64,000 nucleotides of DNA from Veleropilina oligotropha. Taxonomy: Eukaryota. The stretch spans positions 310,001-374,000 of the forward strand of contig JBEUKZ010000065.1 of the NCBI GenBank assembly GCA_048128005.1. Direction: 5' to 3'. Below are positions 25,228 to 36,443 of the stretch, one piece after another. Within the stretch, counting starts at the first letter, position 1. Each line of letters opens with the position of its first letter. The notes under the pieces are model-generated. The model worked only from the letters and a program-made list of their open reading frames with translations, was not told the origin of the DNA and did no database searches. Position numbers and translations under genes: made by a program.

Positions 25228-25420
25228 TTAATAATGGGACTTTTTATATTGCGCCTTTCCATGCACGAATGCTTGCTCAAAGCGCTACATCATTATTATT
25301 CCATGGTTACCGGCCTGTTCTAATCGAGATTCCATCTCAACTCTCCTTGTGAGCATTCCAGCCGAGCTGCCATTTATAGGCGCATCAGACTTGTCATACT
25401 GACAATTTCCGTCACTGCCA
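25228..25420 (-). mobile_element. SINE 3' half (Nin/Deu-like central domain with an L2-type tail)
   Basis: Minus strand AAATGGCAGCTCGGCTGGAATGCTCACAAGGAGAGTTGAGATGG...AGCGCTTTGAGC...GGCGCAATATAAA. Related copies at about 48845-48985 (-) and 5480-5555 (+). Confidence 0.55.
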
Positions 25421-25446
25421 CGTAGAGCGCTACAACATAAACCATC

Positions 25447-25491
25447 ATTACGTGACCAGGGTCCGCAGTAGATGGACCGAAACGTCGTAAT
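25447..25491 (+). ncRNA. Minimal type I hammerhead ribozyme (G3-C8 variant) in the Penelope terminal repeat
   Basis: ATTAC-GTGACCA-G-GGTCCG cagtaga TGGACC-GAAA-CG-TC-GTAAT: stem I ATTAC/GTAAT, stem II 6 bp, palindromic ACGT stem III, GUC cleavage triplet ending at 25486. Confidence 0.8.
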
Positions 25492-26090
25492 CGTTTCGCA
25501 ATTTTTTGTTTCAAAGTAAATAAATCTATATTTACTATTTATTATCTATATTTATATTGTTGTGGGTTGAAATCCTGATCGCCTGTGAAGACCCAGTTAT
25601 GAACAACTGTGTTAGATCAAAGTGGAACTCTATCAACATTCTGATCAAACCAAAGCATGGTATCTACATTCATATCAAGCTGTTAAAGGCTTGGGGTGCC
25701 ACTATAAAAGGGGCTAGCCAGTGGTCTGCTCATTCTGACATGGAAACCGATCAGACCACATCGACATCGATAGGTTGACACATGGCTAAAACAACAGAAA
25801 ACCAATTACGAAGTGTGCTTTTAATTGTTAGAGCAATTATCGCCGCCAGACTTCACAGGCAAACTTGTATACCTGCCAATGTAAAGCCACGCCCCCAACG
25901 CCTGGGCAAATCTTCCACCAGGGGGTCACTTTTCCCGGCCTTTAACCTTTCTTACAATGAGCACTTGCATGGAACAGAAAACACTACTTATAATTAGAGC
26001 AATGTACAAGGACGGCCATTCACTATCTGACTGAACCATCTCGTGATTAACGATAGAGTCAAGTACTTGTTAACAAAACTGGCTACCTAC

Positions 26091-26256
26091 AGCAGAATTT
26101 CTTTATGGCCACTCGGATGATTTCTTCCTTTCCTGGAGCTGTCCTCATCCTTCCTTTCCAAATCTCCACATACTCTCCCTTACAAGCCTTCTCGAGCAGA
26201 CGGACATCTTTTCTTGGCATTTCCCAATTCTGTCGTATATCTGAATACACCACAGG
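26091..26256 (-). CDS. Receptor tyrosine pseudokinase, exon: kinase subdomains I-II
   Basis: ttctttttcatttag|CCT...TGC T|gtaggt; 166 bp, phase 0-1: PVVYSDIRQNWEMPRKDVRLLEKACKGEYVEIWKGRMRTAPGKEEIIRVAIKKFC (WExPR and VAIK motifs; degenerate G-loop). Confidence 0.85.
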
Positions 26257-26414
26257 CTAAATGAAAAAGAAAATATAGTAATAATCTCGATTATTTATGG
26301 ATTGTTCTAACTAATTAAATTCGAATCTAATCCTGACTTTGAATAAACATTTTGGAAAAATTCATTAATGAAGAACGAGACATTGCTGTGAATCCGATAA
26401 ATGACACCTGATTG

Positions 26415-28622
26415 AGTGGGGTGTGTGTAGGCAAGTAGTTATGAAGCCGACATTACCGCCTCCTGATATCGCGGCTGGATGTGGGGTGTGTGTAGGCGGG
26501 TAGTTATGAAGCTGACATTACCACCTCCTGCTATCGCAGCTGGATGTGGGGTGTGTAGGCGGGTAGTTATGAAGCTGACATTACCGGATCCTGATATCGC
26601 AGCTGGATGTGGGGTGTGTAGGGGAGTAGTTATGAAGCTGACATTACCGGCTCCTGCTATCGTGGCTGGATGTGCAGTGTGTGTAGGTGGGTAGTTATGA
26701 AGCTGACATTACCGGCTCCTGCTATCGCGGCTGGATGTGGTGTGTGTGTAGGGGAGTAGCTATGATGCCGACATTACCGGCTCCTGATATCGTGGCTGGA
26801 TGTGGGGTGTGTAGGGGAGTAGTTATGAAGCTGACATTACCGGCTCCTGATATCGCAGCTGGGTGTGGAGTGTGTGTAGGGGAGTAGTTATGATGCCGAC
26901 ATTACCGGCTCCTGATATCGCGGCTGGATGTGTGTAGGCGGGTAGTTATGAAGCTGACATTACCACCTCCTGATATCGCGGCTGGATGTGGAGTGTGTGT
27001 AGGGGAGTAGTTATGATGCCGACATTACCGGCTCCTGATATCGCGGCTGGATGTGGGGTGTGTGTAGGGGACCAGTTATGATGCCGACATTACCGGCTCC
27101 TGATATCGCGGCTGGATGTGTGTAGGCGGGTAGTTATGAAGCTGACATTACCACCTCCTGATATCGCAGCTGGATGTGGGGTGTGTAGGCAGGTAGTTAT
27201 GAAGCTGACATTACCGGCTCCTGCTATCGCGGCTGGATGTGGGGTGTGTGTAGGGGACCGGCTATGATGCCGACATTACCGGCTCCTGATATCGCGGCTG
27301 GATGTGGAGTGTGTGTAGGCGAATAGTTATGAAGCCGACATATTACCGCCTCCTGATATCACGGCTGGATGTGCAGTGTGTGTAGGCGGGTAGTTATGAA
27401 GCTGACATTACCGGCTCCTGATATCACGGCTGGATATGGTGTGTGTGTAGGCAGGTAGTTATGAAGCTGACATTACCAGCTCCTGGATGTGGGGTGTGTG
27501 TAGGCGAGTAGTTATGAAGCCGACATATTACCGCCTCCTGATATCATGGCTGGATGTGCAGTGTGTGTAGGCGAGTAGTTATGAAGCCGACATATTACCG
27601 CCTCCTGATATCATGGCTGGATGTGGGGTGTGTGTAGGCGGGTAGTTATGAAGCTGACATTACCGGCTCCTGATATCGCGGCTGGATGTGGGGTGTGTGT
27701 CGGGGAGTAGTTATGATGCTGCCGACATTACCGGCTCCTGCTATCGCGGCTTGATGTGGAGTGTGTGTCGGGGAGTAGTTATGATGCTGCCGACATTACC
27801 GGCTCCTGCTATCGTGGCTGGATGTGGCGTGTGTGTAGGGGAGTAGTTATGAAGCTGACATTACCACCTCCTGATATCGCGGCTGGATGTGGGGTGTATG
27901 TAGGCGGGTAGTTATGAAGGTGACATTACCGGCTATTGATATCGCAGCTAGATGTGGCGTGTGTGTAGGCTGGTAGTTATGAAGCTGACATTACCGGCTC
28001 CTGGATGTGGGGTGTGTGTAGGCGCGTAGTTATGAAGCTGACATTACCGGCTCCTGGATGTGGGGTGTGTGTAGGCGGGTAGTTATGAAGCCGACATTAC
28101 CACCTCCTGATATCACGGCTGGATATGGGGTGTGTGTAGGCGGGTAGTTATGAAGCTGACATTACCGGCTCCTGGATGTGGGGTGTGTGTAGGAGAGTAG
28201 TTATGAAGCCGACATTACCACCTCCTGATATCATGGCTGGATATGGGGTGTGTGTAGGCGGGTAGTTATGAAGCTGACATTACCGGCTCCTGGATGTGGG
28301 GTGTGTGTAGGAGAGTAGTTATGAAGCTGACATTACCGGCTCCTGATATCGTGGCTGGATGTGGGGTGTGTGTAGGGGAGTAGTTATGAAGCTGAAATTA
28401 CCGGCTCCTGATATCGCAGCTGGATGTGGGGCGTATGCAGGCGAGTAGTTATGATGCCGACATTACCGCCTCCTCATATCGCGGCTGGGTGTGGGGTGTG
28501 TGTAAGCGAGTAGTTATGAATCCGACATTACCGCCTCCTGATATCGCGGCTGAATGTGGGGTGTGTGTAGGCGAGTAGTTATGAAGCCGACATTACCGCC
28601 TCCTGATATCGTGGCTGGATGT
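26415..28622. repeat. About 65-bp minisatellite containing an exon end and splice donor
   Basis: Minus-strand unit ACATCCAGCCACGATATCAGGAGGCG|GTAATGTCGGCTTCATAACTACTCGCCTACACACACCCC; about 35 diverged copies filling almost the whole intron. Confidence 0.95.
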
Positions 28623-28707
28623 TTTCGTCGAGCAGCTCCACTTCTTGGTCGTCCAGCGTCTCGTCATGATCACGCGCCAATTTATCTCGTAACATCTTTT
28701 CCCTCTT
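28597..28707 (-). CDS. Receptor tyrosine pseudokinase, exon: juxtamembrane
   Basis: tatttcag|AAG...GCG|gtaatg; 111 bp, phase 0-0: KREKMLRDKLARDHDETLDDQEVELLDENIQPRYQEA. Confidence 0.8.
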
Positions 28708-29028
28708 CTGAAATACAAATTACGAGTGCAAAACTGAAGCAAGTAATTCTATAATGTATGACAGATTGCTTCAGAACAACTTTTAAAAGTTAAAAATATT
28801 TCAGGCATATAGCAGTCGGGACCATGTTTTTACATCATTAACTTCGATCATACAGCCTTTGGCTTAATACAGAACAGAGGCAGTATCTATAACTCCATGC
28901 TGCTTACCTTAGTTGATGTGAAAAGACCTGCCAAAGAAACAGTCGCATCTTTTCACAAGAATCAATAAAAGTGTTTTGCATTTTAAATTTGATTTTGGTC
29001 TGTCATTTATTGTCTTATCTTAACGTCT

Positions 29029-29919
29029 CTGGTTGAACCAGACGGTTGATGCAGCCTGCGCATTCAGGTTACCACTGCTCCACGGGCTGGTTGAACCAGA
29101 CTGTTGATGCAGCCTGCCCATCCAGGTTACCGCTGCTCCACGGGCTGGTTGAACCAGACGGTTGATGCAGCCTGTGCATTCAGGTTACCACTGCTCCACG
29201 GGCTGGTTGATGCAGCCTGCGCATTCAGGTTACCACTGCTCCACGGGCTGGTTGATGCAGCCTGCGCATTCAGGTTACCACTGCTCCATGGGCTGGTTGA
29301 TGTAGCCTGCGCATTCAGGTTACCACTGCTCCACGGGCTGGTTGATGTAGCCTGCGCATTCAGGTTACCACTGCTCCACGGGCTGGTTGATGTAGCCTGC
29401 GCATTCAGGTTACCACTGCTCCACAGGCTGGTTGAACCAGACGGTTGATGCAGCCTACGCATTCAGGTTACCACTGCTCCACGGGCTGGTTGAACCAGAC
29501 GGTTGATGCAGCCTACGCATTCAGGTTACCACTGCTCCACGGGCTGGTTGAACCAGACGGTTGATGCAGCCTACGCATTCAGGTTACCACTGCTCCACGG
29601 GCTGGTTGATGTAGCCTGCGCATTCAGGTTACCACTGCTCCACGGGCTGGTTGATGCAGCCTGCGCATTCAGGTTACCACTGCTCCACGGGCTGGTTGAT
29701 GTAGCCTGCGCATTCAGGTTACCACTGCTCCACGGGCTGGTTGATGTAGCCTGCGCATTCAGGTTACCACTGCTCCACGGGCTGGTTGATGTAGCCTGCG
29801 CATTCAGGTTACCACTGCTCCACGGGCTGGTTGATGTAGCCTGCGCATTCAGGTTACCACTGCTCCACGGGCTGGTTGATGTAGCCTGCGCATTCAGGTT
29901 ACCACTGCTCCATGGGCTG
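29029..29919. repeat. 45/58-bp minisatellite
   Basis: Unit GGTTGATGYAGCCTGCGCATTCAGGTTACCACTGCTCCACGGGCT, with or without GGTTGAACCAGAC. Intronic. Confidence 0.95.
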
Positions 29920-29998
29920 ATGCAGAAATGTTTAAAAATCACAAAGATCGATGCAACCCAAACTGTCCAACTTTATTTGATGAGTCAAAGCAACTTAC

Positions 29999-30087
29999 CC
30001 TTAGTCTCATTGCCACAACCACAAAGATGGCGATGAACAAGACCGCCAGACAGGAGCTGATAATGGCGCCGACGGCATATGGGGATA
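29999..30087 (-). CDS. Receptor tyrosine pseudokinase, exon: transmembrane helix
   Basis: ctgtttcag|TA...AGG|gtaagt; 89 bp, phase 1-0: ISPYAVGAIISSCLAVLFIAIFVVVAMRLR (hydrophobic helix followed by basic stop-transfer residues). Confidence 0.88.
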
Positions 30088-30472
30088 CTGAAACAGAAGG
30101 CATTCAATGTCCATGTACGACGGTACACAACAGGCATGTACACAGCGCAGTGAATCCAGTCATGGATCTAACTTTACTGGGAACAAAACTGTCAGTTATC
30201 TACTCCAACTATTCTAATGTTGAATCAAATGTGTGCATTGTTTATGCTAAAAATACACATGCAAAATGATAACTTTATCATTTTTCAGGAATATTGCAGT
30301 AGGCTTCCTGTTTAACGTTTCTCCCAGCCAGAATTCTATTCAATATTATTGAGATCTCATATTAATAGACCACTGATCTTACTCAATATTCCTTCACTTA
30401 GGCTATGGTCATTTATAATCAAAATGAAAAACATTGCCCAAGTCATTAAAGATGACGTCACTATATAATGTA

Positions 30473-31680
30473 CATACATGTGATACCTCCCGCCGGGAGT
30501 ATATTTCTCCCGAAATCGGCACCCCCAAAATGGCCTACTCCCGAAATGACAGAAATCTCCCGAAATGACAAATTCCTACCGGAATATCTTGATTTCTCCC
30601 TCAAAGATATTTTCGCAATGTTATTTCTTATCCGCAATAGTGTTGGAGTTGGTAAACGGAACTCGTTTAATAAGTCGTCAAATACAGTAGATGCTGTAAC
30701 AATATACCTCTTAGTCTACATAAATTGTGTAGAATAAGATAGAACGCGATAGAGCATAAAGATTATTGTCAAAACATTCGTTTGATACGCCGTTTACCAC
30801 AAGCACTTAGCGTTCTTTTGTTGAAACATTGAAGCGTGCTTTTGTGTTGATAGATGTCACGCAGTAATTTCGGGAACTATTTACGGAAATATACGAGTGT
30901 TTTCCGACTTGCATATCTCTTTATATTGCATTAAAAAATAATCTCGCACCGGGTATTTTAATTTCTACTATATAACACGAAGATAATTTTCGAATCAACA
31001 TTGTGATCTATTTGATGTAGGCCCGTAGTTCACAATGAATTAGATGTCAATAGAGCTAATAAAGCAAATTAATTGGGAATAAATTCTATGAAAACGTCTA
31101 TTGTTTAATTACTAGCGAGAATGGCGGTTTCATCAAGAGTTTCAGTAGAGTTGCCAAATAATAGGGATTAGCGCAACTGACATGCTCTGAGTTCGAGTGA
31201 TTTAATACAAGTTCGCGTTTATCGGCAAAGTACATAGCTATTAGGCCTAACCGCAAAGGTAATCTGGATTGTCGGCAAGAATTTTAAAAAATATAAGAGG
31301 ATTAATGATAATCGGCTTTTTTATGTTTAAATTTGTTATGACAACATATGTTACTATGCTGCTCAAGTATTAAATTAAGGCAGTGCATATTGTACTTGAC
31401 TGAAGATATAGATAATAAGCATTGTAAATATTTAAGGTTGTATTATATAAGTATTTTATGGTGTTTAATATATATATATATATTTAATTATAATATTTAT
31501 TGGTATTCTTTTGATTGTATAAATAAAATAATATTTCATTTCTATGAATGCATTTTTATTCAAATAATTTCAAATATGACGAAATCAACGATAAAATGCT
31601 CCGATCAAAATACTTCTGGAATCTCCTGGAATATTGACCCCAACCTCCTGGAATGGTATTTTGGGATTATCACATGTATG
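30473..31680. mobile_element. Non-autonomous TIR DNA transposon with a 6-bp TSD
   Basis: TIRs CATACATGTGATA...TATCACATGTATG; AATGTA on both sides (30467-30472 and 31681-31686). Interrupts a unit of the 54-bp array. Confidence 0.75.
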
Positions 31681-32112
31681 AATGTAGGTACTTCAATGAG
31701 ATAGGACAAGTTATTAGGATCACGTCACTATATAATGTAGGTACTTCAATGAGATGAGGACACGTCACTAGGGTTGACGTCACTATATAACATAGGTACA
31801 TCAATGAGATAACGACAAGTCAATAGGAATGACATCACTATATAACATATGTACTTCAATGAGATAACAACAAGTAATTAGGGATGATGTCACTATATAA
31901 TGTAGGTATTTCAATGAGATAGGACAAGTCATTAGGGATCACGTCACTATATAACATAGGTATTTCAATGAGATAGGACAAGTCATTAGGGATCACGTCA
32001 CTATATAACATAGGTATTTCAATAGGATAGGACAAGTCATTAGGGATGACATCACTATATAACATAGGTACTTCAATAGGATAGGACAAGTCATTAGGGA
32101 TGACATCACTAT
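31681..32112. repeat. 54-bp tandem repeat (split array; other parts at about 30420-30472 and 33161-33465)
   Basis: Unit ACATAGGTACTTCAATGAGATAGGACAAGTCATTAGGGATGACATCACTATATA. Confidence 0.9.
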
Positions 32113-33160
32113 TTATCATATATCCGGGTCAATTTACATAGCACTAAAGTGTTTAATAAAAATGATAATACACATGTTACTTAATTATGGCCTTCTGTGC
32201 AATTTTGATTGGATAATTTAATCAATGGGACCGAACAGCCAATTGTAGTATGGATCACAACAGATCATTGCCAGTAATTGAGGACTTCTTTCAATACTAC
32301 GATTTTTACTATGAACGTGGTTATTGCAATTTTGCAGGAATAGTACTCGTATGTGCAACTAATGATCAATATTTAGTAAAATTATTAGGTTCAGATATCC
32401 AGGTAAGATCATTTAACTCGTGATTATCATAGCATGCAAAATTCAATGTAGTAGTTTGCAATTTATTTCCATTTAATATGCAGTCTGTTGGTGTACATTT
32501 CATTCACAGCCATAATGCCGTCGATTCGATCTCATTTTAGATGGAAATTAACGTTGCAATTTTATAAAATTATTTTGAAAACATGTTTTATAATTGTTAA
32601 CATATACAAAGCCGACAAATTTTTCCTGATTCTGATGTTTTATAATGTAAGTTGACCAAATTTCGTTGTGAAGCAGACGACAAATAGTCCACAACGTTAA
32701 CGAATTTGACATAAAAGCTTCATGAGTGCCGCACATTTAATGTTATTTCAATAGAGCTTGTTGGATTAGTATAATATTGATAAAGCGACATTAGTTCTTT
32801 TCATAACAGCATTTGTTGCTCTTTATAGTATAGAGTCGGTAAGAACGGGGATTATTTTTCACAGCCATTGCTACATTTCCATGACGTCAACAATCACAAA
32901 TTTCACCATTCATTACTAGGCCGCATAATTATGTTAAAACGCGTCAACAAAATTAAAAGCAATGTTTCACAGCTTGTTTCTTTATAAATTTAAGATATAT
33001 GATAAATAGAATCTCACATTCGTGGTCATTTAATATCACATTTATGAAACTCGTTATCTAATTTTCCTATTTTCCGCGGTGAAGCCTCGGAAAATATGAA
33101 AATTAGTTAACTCGTTTCATCAATGTGATATTAAATGACCACTCATGTGAGATCCCCTCC
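32113..33160. mobile_element. About 1-kb insertion ending in a long palindrome, no clear TSD
   Basis: Splits a 54-bp unit between CACTAT and ATAACATAGG. Imperfect hairpin at 33011-33153. Confidence 0.6.
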
Positions 33161-33465
33161 ATAACATAGGTACTTCAATGAGATAAGTATAAGTCATTAG
33201 GGATGACATCACTATATAACATAGGTACATGTACTTCAACGAGATAACGACAGGTCATTAGGGATAACATCACTATAAAACATAGGTATTTCAATGAGAT
33301 AGGACAAGTCATTAGGGATGACATCACTATATAACATAGGTATACTTGAATGAGAAAAGCACAAGTCATTAGGGAAGACGTCACTATATAACATAGGTGC
33401 TTGAATGACAAAGTACAAGTCATTAGGGCTGATGCTACTATATAACATAGGTACTTCAATGGGAT
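33161..33465. repeat. 54-bp tandem repeat (right part)
   Basis: About 5.5 units, same unit as 31681-32112. Confidence 0.88.
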
Positions 33466-33516
33466 AAATAGCTGAGTTTGAGGATTATGAGTCAATACCA
33501 TAAGCAGTGAACTTAC

Positions 33517-33579
33517 TGGGTCCGCTCGCCGCACGAGACTGGGTAGCATCAGAAATAACTGAACTGTTGACAGAAACAA
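33517..33579 (-). CDS. Receptor tyrosine pseudokinase, exon: S/T-rich stalk 2
   Basis: ccttttgtag|TT...CCC A|gtaagt; 63 bp, phase 1-1: FVSVNSSVISDATQSRAASGP. Confidence 0.7.
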
Positions 33580-33987
33580 CTACAAAAGGGGAGACAACCA
33601 CATAGAGACAACATAAAGATAAAGCAAAATAAAATTAATACAAGTAATAAGTAATAATAGGCTATAAACATAAATATAGATCAGAGCAGGACAGACAGAT
33701 CAGAGAACAGTAATCACCATGCAATACAGGCTAATCCGAATAAAGCACTTTGTTTTTGCATGATGCCACATAATTATGTAGCGATGTTCTCTGGTAATGT
33801 GTTTAACCAAATCTCACAACTCTCATTGAATCTTCCATACATTGATTTGACTAATTAGTTTCCTGTTAATGATCAAAATTAGGACCCACAAAAGATATAA
33901 GCAATTTTGTACACAGAAACGATGTATCATTTGATTTCCACTTTATCAAGAAGCACATCATTTGTATATAATTACGCTGCTACTCAC

Positions 33988-34068
33988 ATGATGTATTCGT
34001 TCTTGCACTCGACAGAATTGTTTTGTGAGCTTTTCCATTGAATACATATGTTACTGTTGTAGGCACAT
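33988..34068 (-). CDS. Receptor tyrosine pseudokinase, exon: S/T-rich stalk 1
   Basis: ttatttcag|AT...T|gtgagt; 81 bp, phase 1-1, open: DVPTTVTYVFNGKAHKTILSSARTNTS. Not in the ORF track. Confidence 0.75.
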
Positions 34069-34092
34069 CTGAAATAACAAGATTCCATACAT

Positions 34093-34633
34093 ACACGTCG
34101 AGAAGCAGAGAGACATAAACATCTCACTCATCATACAGGGCGCATGCAGGGGCACACGGCGAGAAGCAGAGAGACACAAACATCTCACTCATCATACAGG
34201 GCGCATACAGGGGCACACGGCGAGAAGCAGAGAGACACAAACATCTCACTCATCATACAGGGCGCATACAGGGGCACACAGCGAGAAGCAGAGAGACACA
34301 AACATCTCACTCATCATACAGGGCGCAGGGGCACACGTCGAGAAGCAGAGAGACACAAACATCTCACTCATCATACAGGGCGCATGCAGGGGCACACGGC
34401 GAGAAGCAGAGAGACACAAACATCTCACTCATCATACAGGGCGCAGGGGCACATGTCAAGAAGCAGAGAGACACAAACATCTCACTCATCATACAGGGCG
34501 CATGCAGGGGCACACGGCGAGAAGCAGAGAGACAAAAACATCTCTCATCATACAGGGCGCATGCATACACATCGAGAAGCAGAGAGACACAAACATCTCA
34601 CTCATCATACAGGGCGCATGCAGGGGCACACGT
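34093..34633. repeat. 57-61-bp minisatellite next to an exon acceptor
   Basis: Unit GAGAAGCAGAGAGACACAAACATCTCACTCATCATACAGGGCGCATGCAGGGGCACACGGC, about 9 copies. Confidence 0.93.
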
Positions 34634-34913
34634 CAGTTAAATATTTGTACAATAAAATGATGACCATTACATATTGCATTAATCCTAGTCATTGGAACTA
34701 AGCAGGCACTTTAGCAGAAAAATCCAGGTGTCAAACAGTATCCGATTCTATATTATACAATGCCAAACACATTCATTTTTAACATTCAGAAAGTATTGTT
34801 CAAGGTCTGGATACACAAAAGTTGGCTATTCTCTGAAGTTATCATGTTGACATTAAATTTTGCGTTCTGAATAAGTGTGCTAAAGGTTATTTTTGCCACA
34901 AATATTACTTTAC

Positions 34914-35204
34914 CTCTTAATTTAATCACCACTTTCTTTTCTTCCCTGTGCTCTGTTCCGTTTATCAAGTTCCATACTTGGCACATGTATGTTCCGCTCT
35001 TGGTCTTGTTGAGATGGTTGATCATGTAGCGGGGGATGGAGCTGAGGGGGACCGTCCTGGCCGCATGCTCCTCCGGTGATAAATACCACTGGTAGTGCGG
35101 GGCGGGGTTGCCACGCGCAGCACAGTACAGGTAGATGTTCTCTCCCTTGCTATAACCATTCAAATGATCTGGATTCTTGATCACCCGTGACAACCGGACT
35201 TGAA
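34914..35204 (-). CDS. Receptor tyrosine pseudokinase, exon: Ig domain 3
   Basis: Acceptor gctttcag|TT, donor AGA G|gtaaag; 291 bp, phase 1-1. GENIYLYCAARGNPAPHYQWY...KSGTYMCQVWN. Confidence 0.9.
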
Positions 35205-35527
35205 CTGAAAGCAAATGCAAACCAATCTGACAAACGGACTCATGACTTGTGCTGAAAGCATAAAACAATATTTATCTTGCTTCACATGATTTCTCGGCTT
35301 CGATTGGTTGGCATCATTTTATCAATTTCCTAAATAATACTTGAAGCCATGGTTCAATTATCGAAAAATATGGTCACATGAAATTGTTGTGTCACCACAG
35401 TTGATAAATCATGCTATTGTGCCATATCATATGTCAATCTAATCATCAAATTGATGCTTGCCTTAGAAAATACAGCATAATTTATGATGTAAATCATGAT
35501 AGGGCTGCTGTAACTAGCAATAGCCAT

Positions 35528-35713
35528 GTCATTCTACTATCTACTGTTCTAGATCATTCTACTATCTACTGTTCTAGATCATTCTACTGTCTACTGTTCT
35601 AGATCATTCTACTATCTACTGTTCTAGATCATTCTACTATCTACTGTTCTAGATCATTCTACTATCTACTGTTCTAGATCATTCTACTATCTACTGTTCT
35701 AGATCATTCTACT
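35528..35713. repeat. 25-bp tandem repeat (CATTCTACTATCTACTGTTCTAGAT)
   Basis: About 7 copies. Confidence 0.95.
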
Positions 35714-35785
35714 AATTAGTAATCAGCCATTTTAGGCATGATAAAATGCAAACTCAGTTATGGCCGTCAGTTACCAGCCAATGAG

Positions 35786-36443
35786 AACTAGAACTATCAC
35801 AGGAGTGATCATATGCCCCCACGAAAGCGTTTGACCCAGGAACAGGCTGTTGCATACACACACATGAAGTTTCATGTCCCTCAGTCAAATAGTATGGTAG
35901 ATATGGAGCGGAAGGGAATTTTAGACTGAATGCAGTCAAGTGTGGAAAGTAGGTCGCAGTGACCGACTTTCAGCATGCGACACACCTTTGGGTTATGACG
36001 CATACGCACACCAATTTTCATGTCCCTCGGTCAAATAGTATGGGAGATATGGAGCGGAAGGGAATTTTGGATTAAGTGCAGTCAAGCATGAAAAGTAGGT
36101 CGTTGTGACCTAGTTTTGGTATGCGACTCACCTTTGGGTTATGATTCATGCACACATCAAGTTTCGTGTCCCTCGGTCAAATAGTATGGGAGATATGGAG
36201 CGGAAGGGAATTTTGGAGTCAGTGCAGTCAAGCATGAAAAGTAGGTCGTGGTGACCAACTTTTGGTACGAGACACACCTTTGGGTTATGACGCATGCACA
36301 CATCAAGTTTCGTGTCCCTCGGTCAAAATAGTGTCAGAGTTACGGAGCGGAAGGAAATTTGCAACAGACCGGCCGACAGACAGACAAGCTGACTCCTATA
36401 GCTATATATGCCCCCCTAAACTTCGTTTGTGGGGGCATAATAA
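35786..36443 (-). mobile_element. HINE/DINE-like element, family B copy 1
   Basis: Ends AACTAGAACTATCACAGGAGTGATCATATGCCCCC and ATGCCCCC..GGGGGCATAA; (GACA)n microsatellite; internal repeats of about 135 bp. Confidence 0.72.

Larger units (their letters stand above)
18985..25550 (+). mobile_element. Penelope-like retroelement (RT + GIY-YIG), 5'-truncated, inverted terminal repeats, interrupted by arrays and insertions
   Basis: RT: PKLYGTPKIHKP (19228), LVSYDVTALFTSVP, WLRYVDDTF, LPFLDL, HTDQYLNFKSHHP. GIY-YIG: YYVSC..AYIGKMKRPLQQRFKEH..RKVKEAIYI..MNRDLG. 18989-19117 is an inverted copy of 25415-25546. Confidence 0.9.

Noticed and set aside
28908..28927. 20-nt segment with good splice signals (ttggcag|GTCTTTTCACATCAACTAAG|gtaagc)
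   Set aside because: Inclusion would frameshift; the TM and juxtamembrane exons already join in phase 0. It could be a poison exon, but there is no evidence without RNA data.
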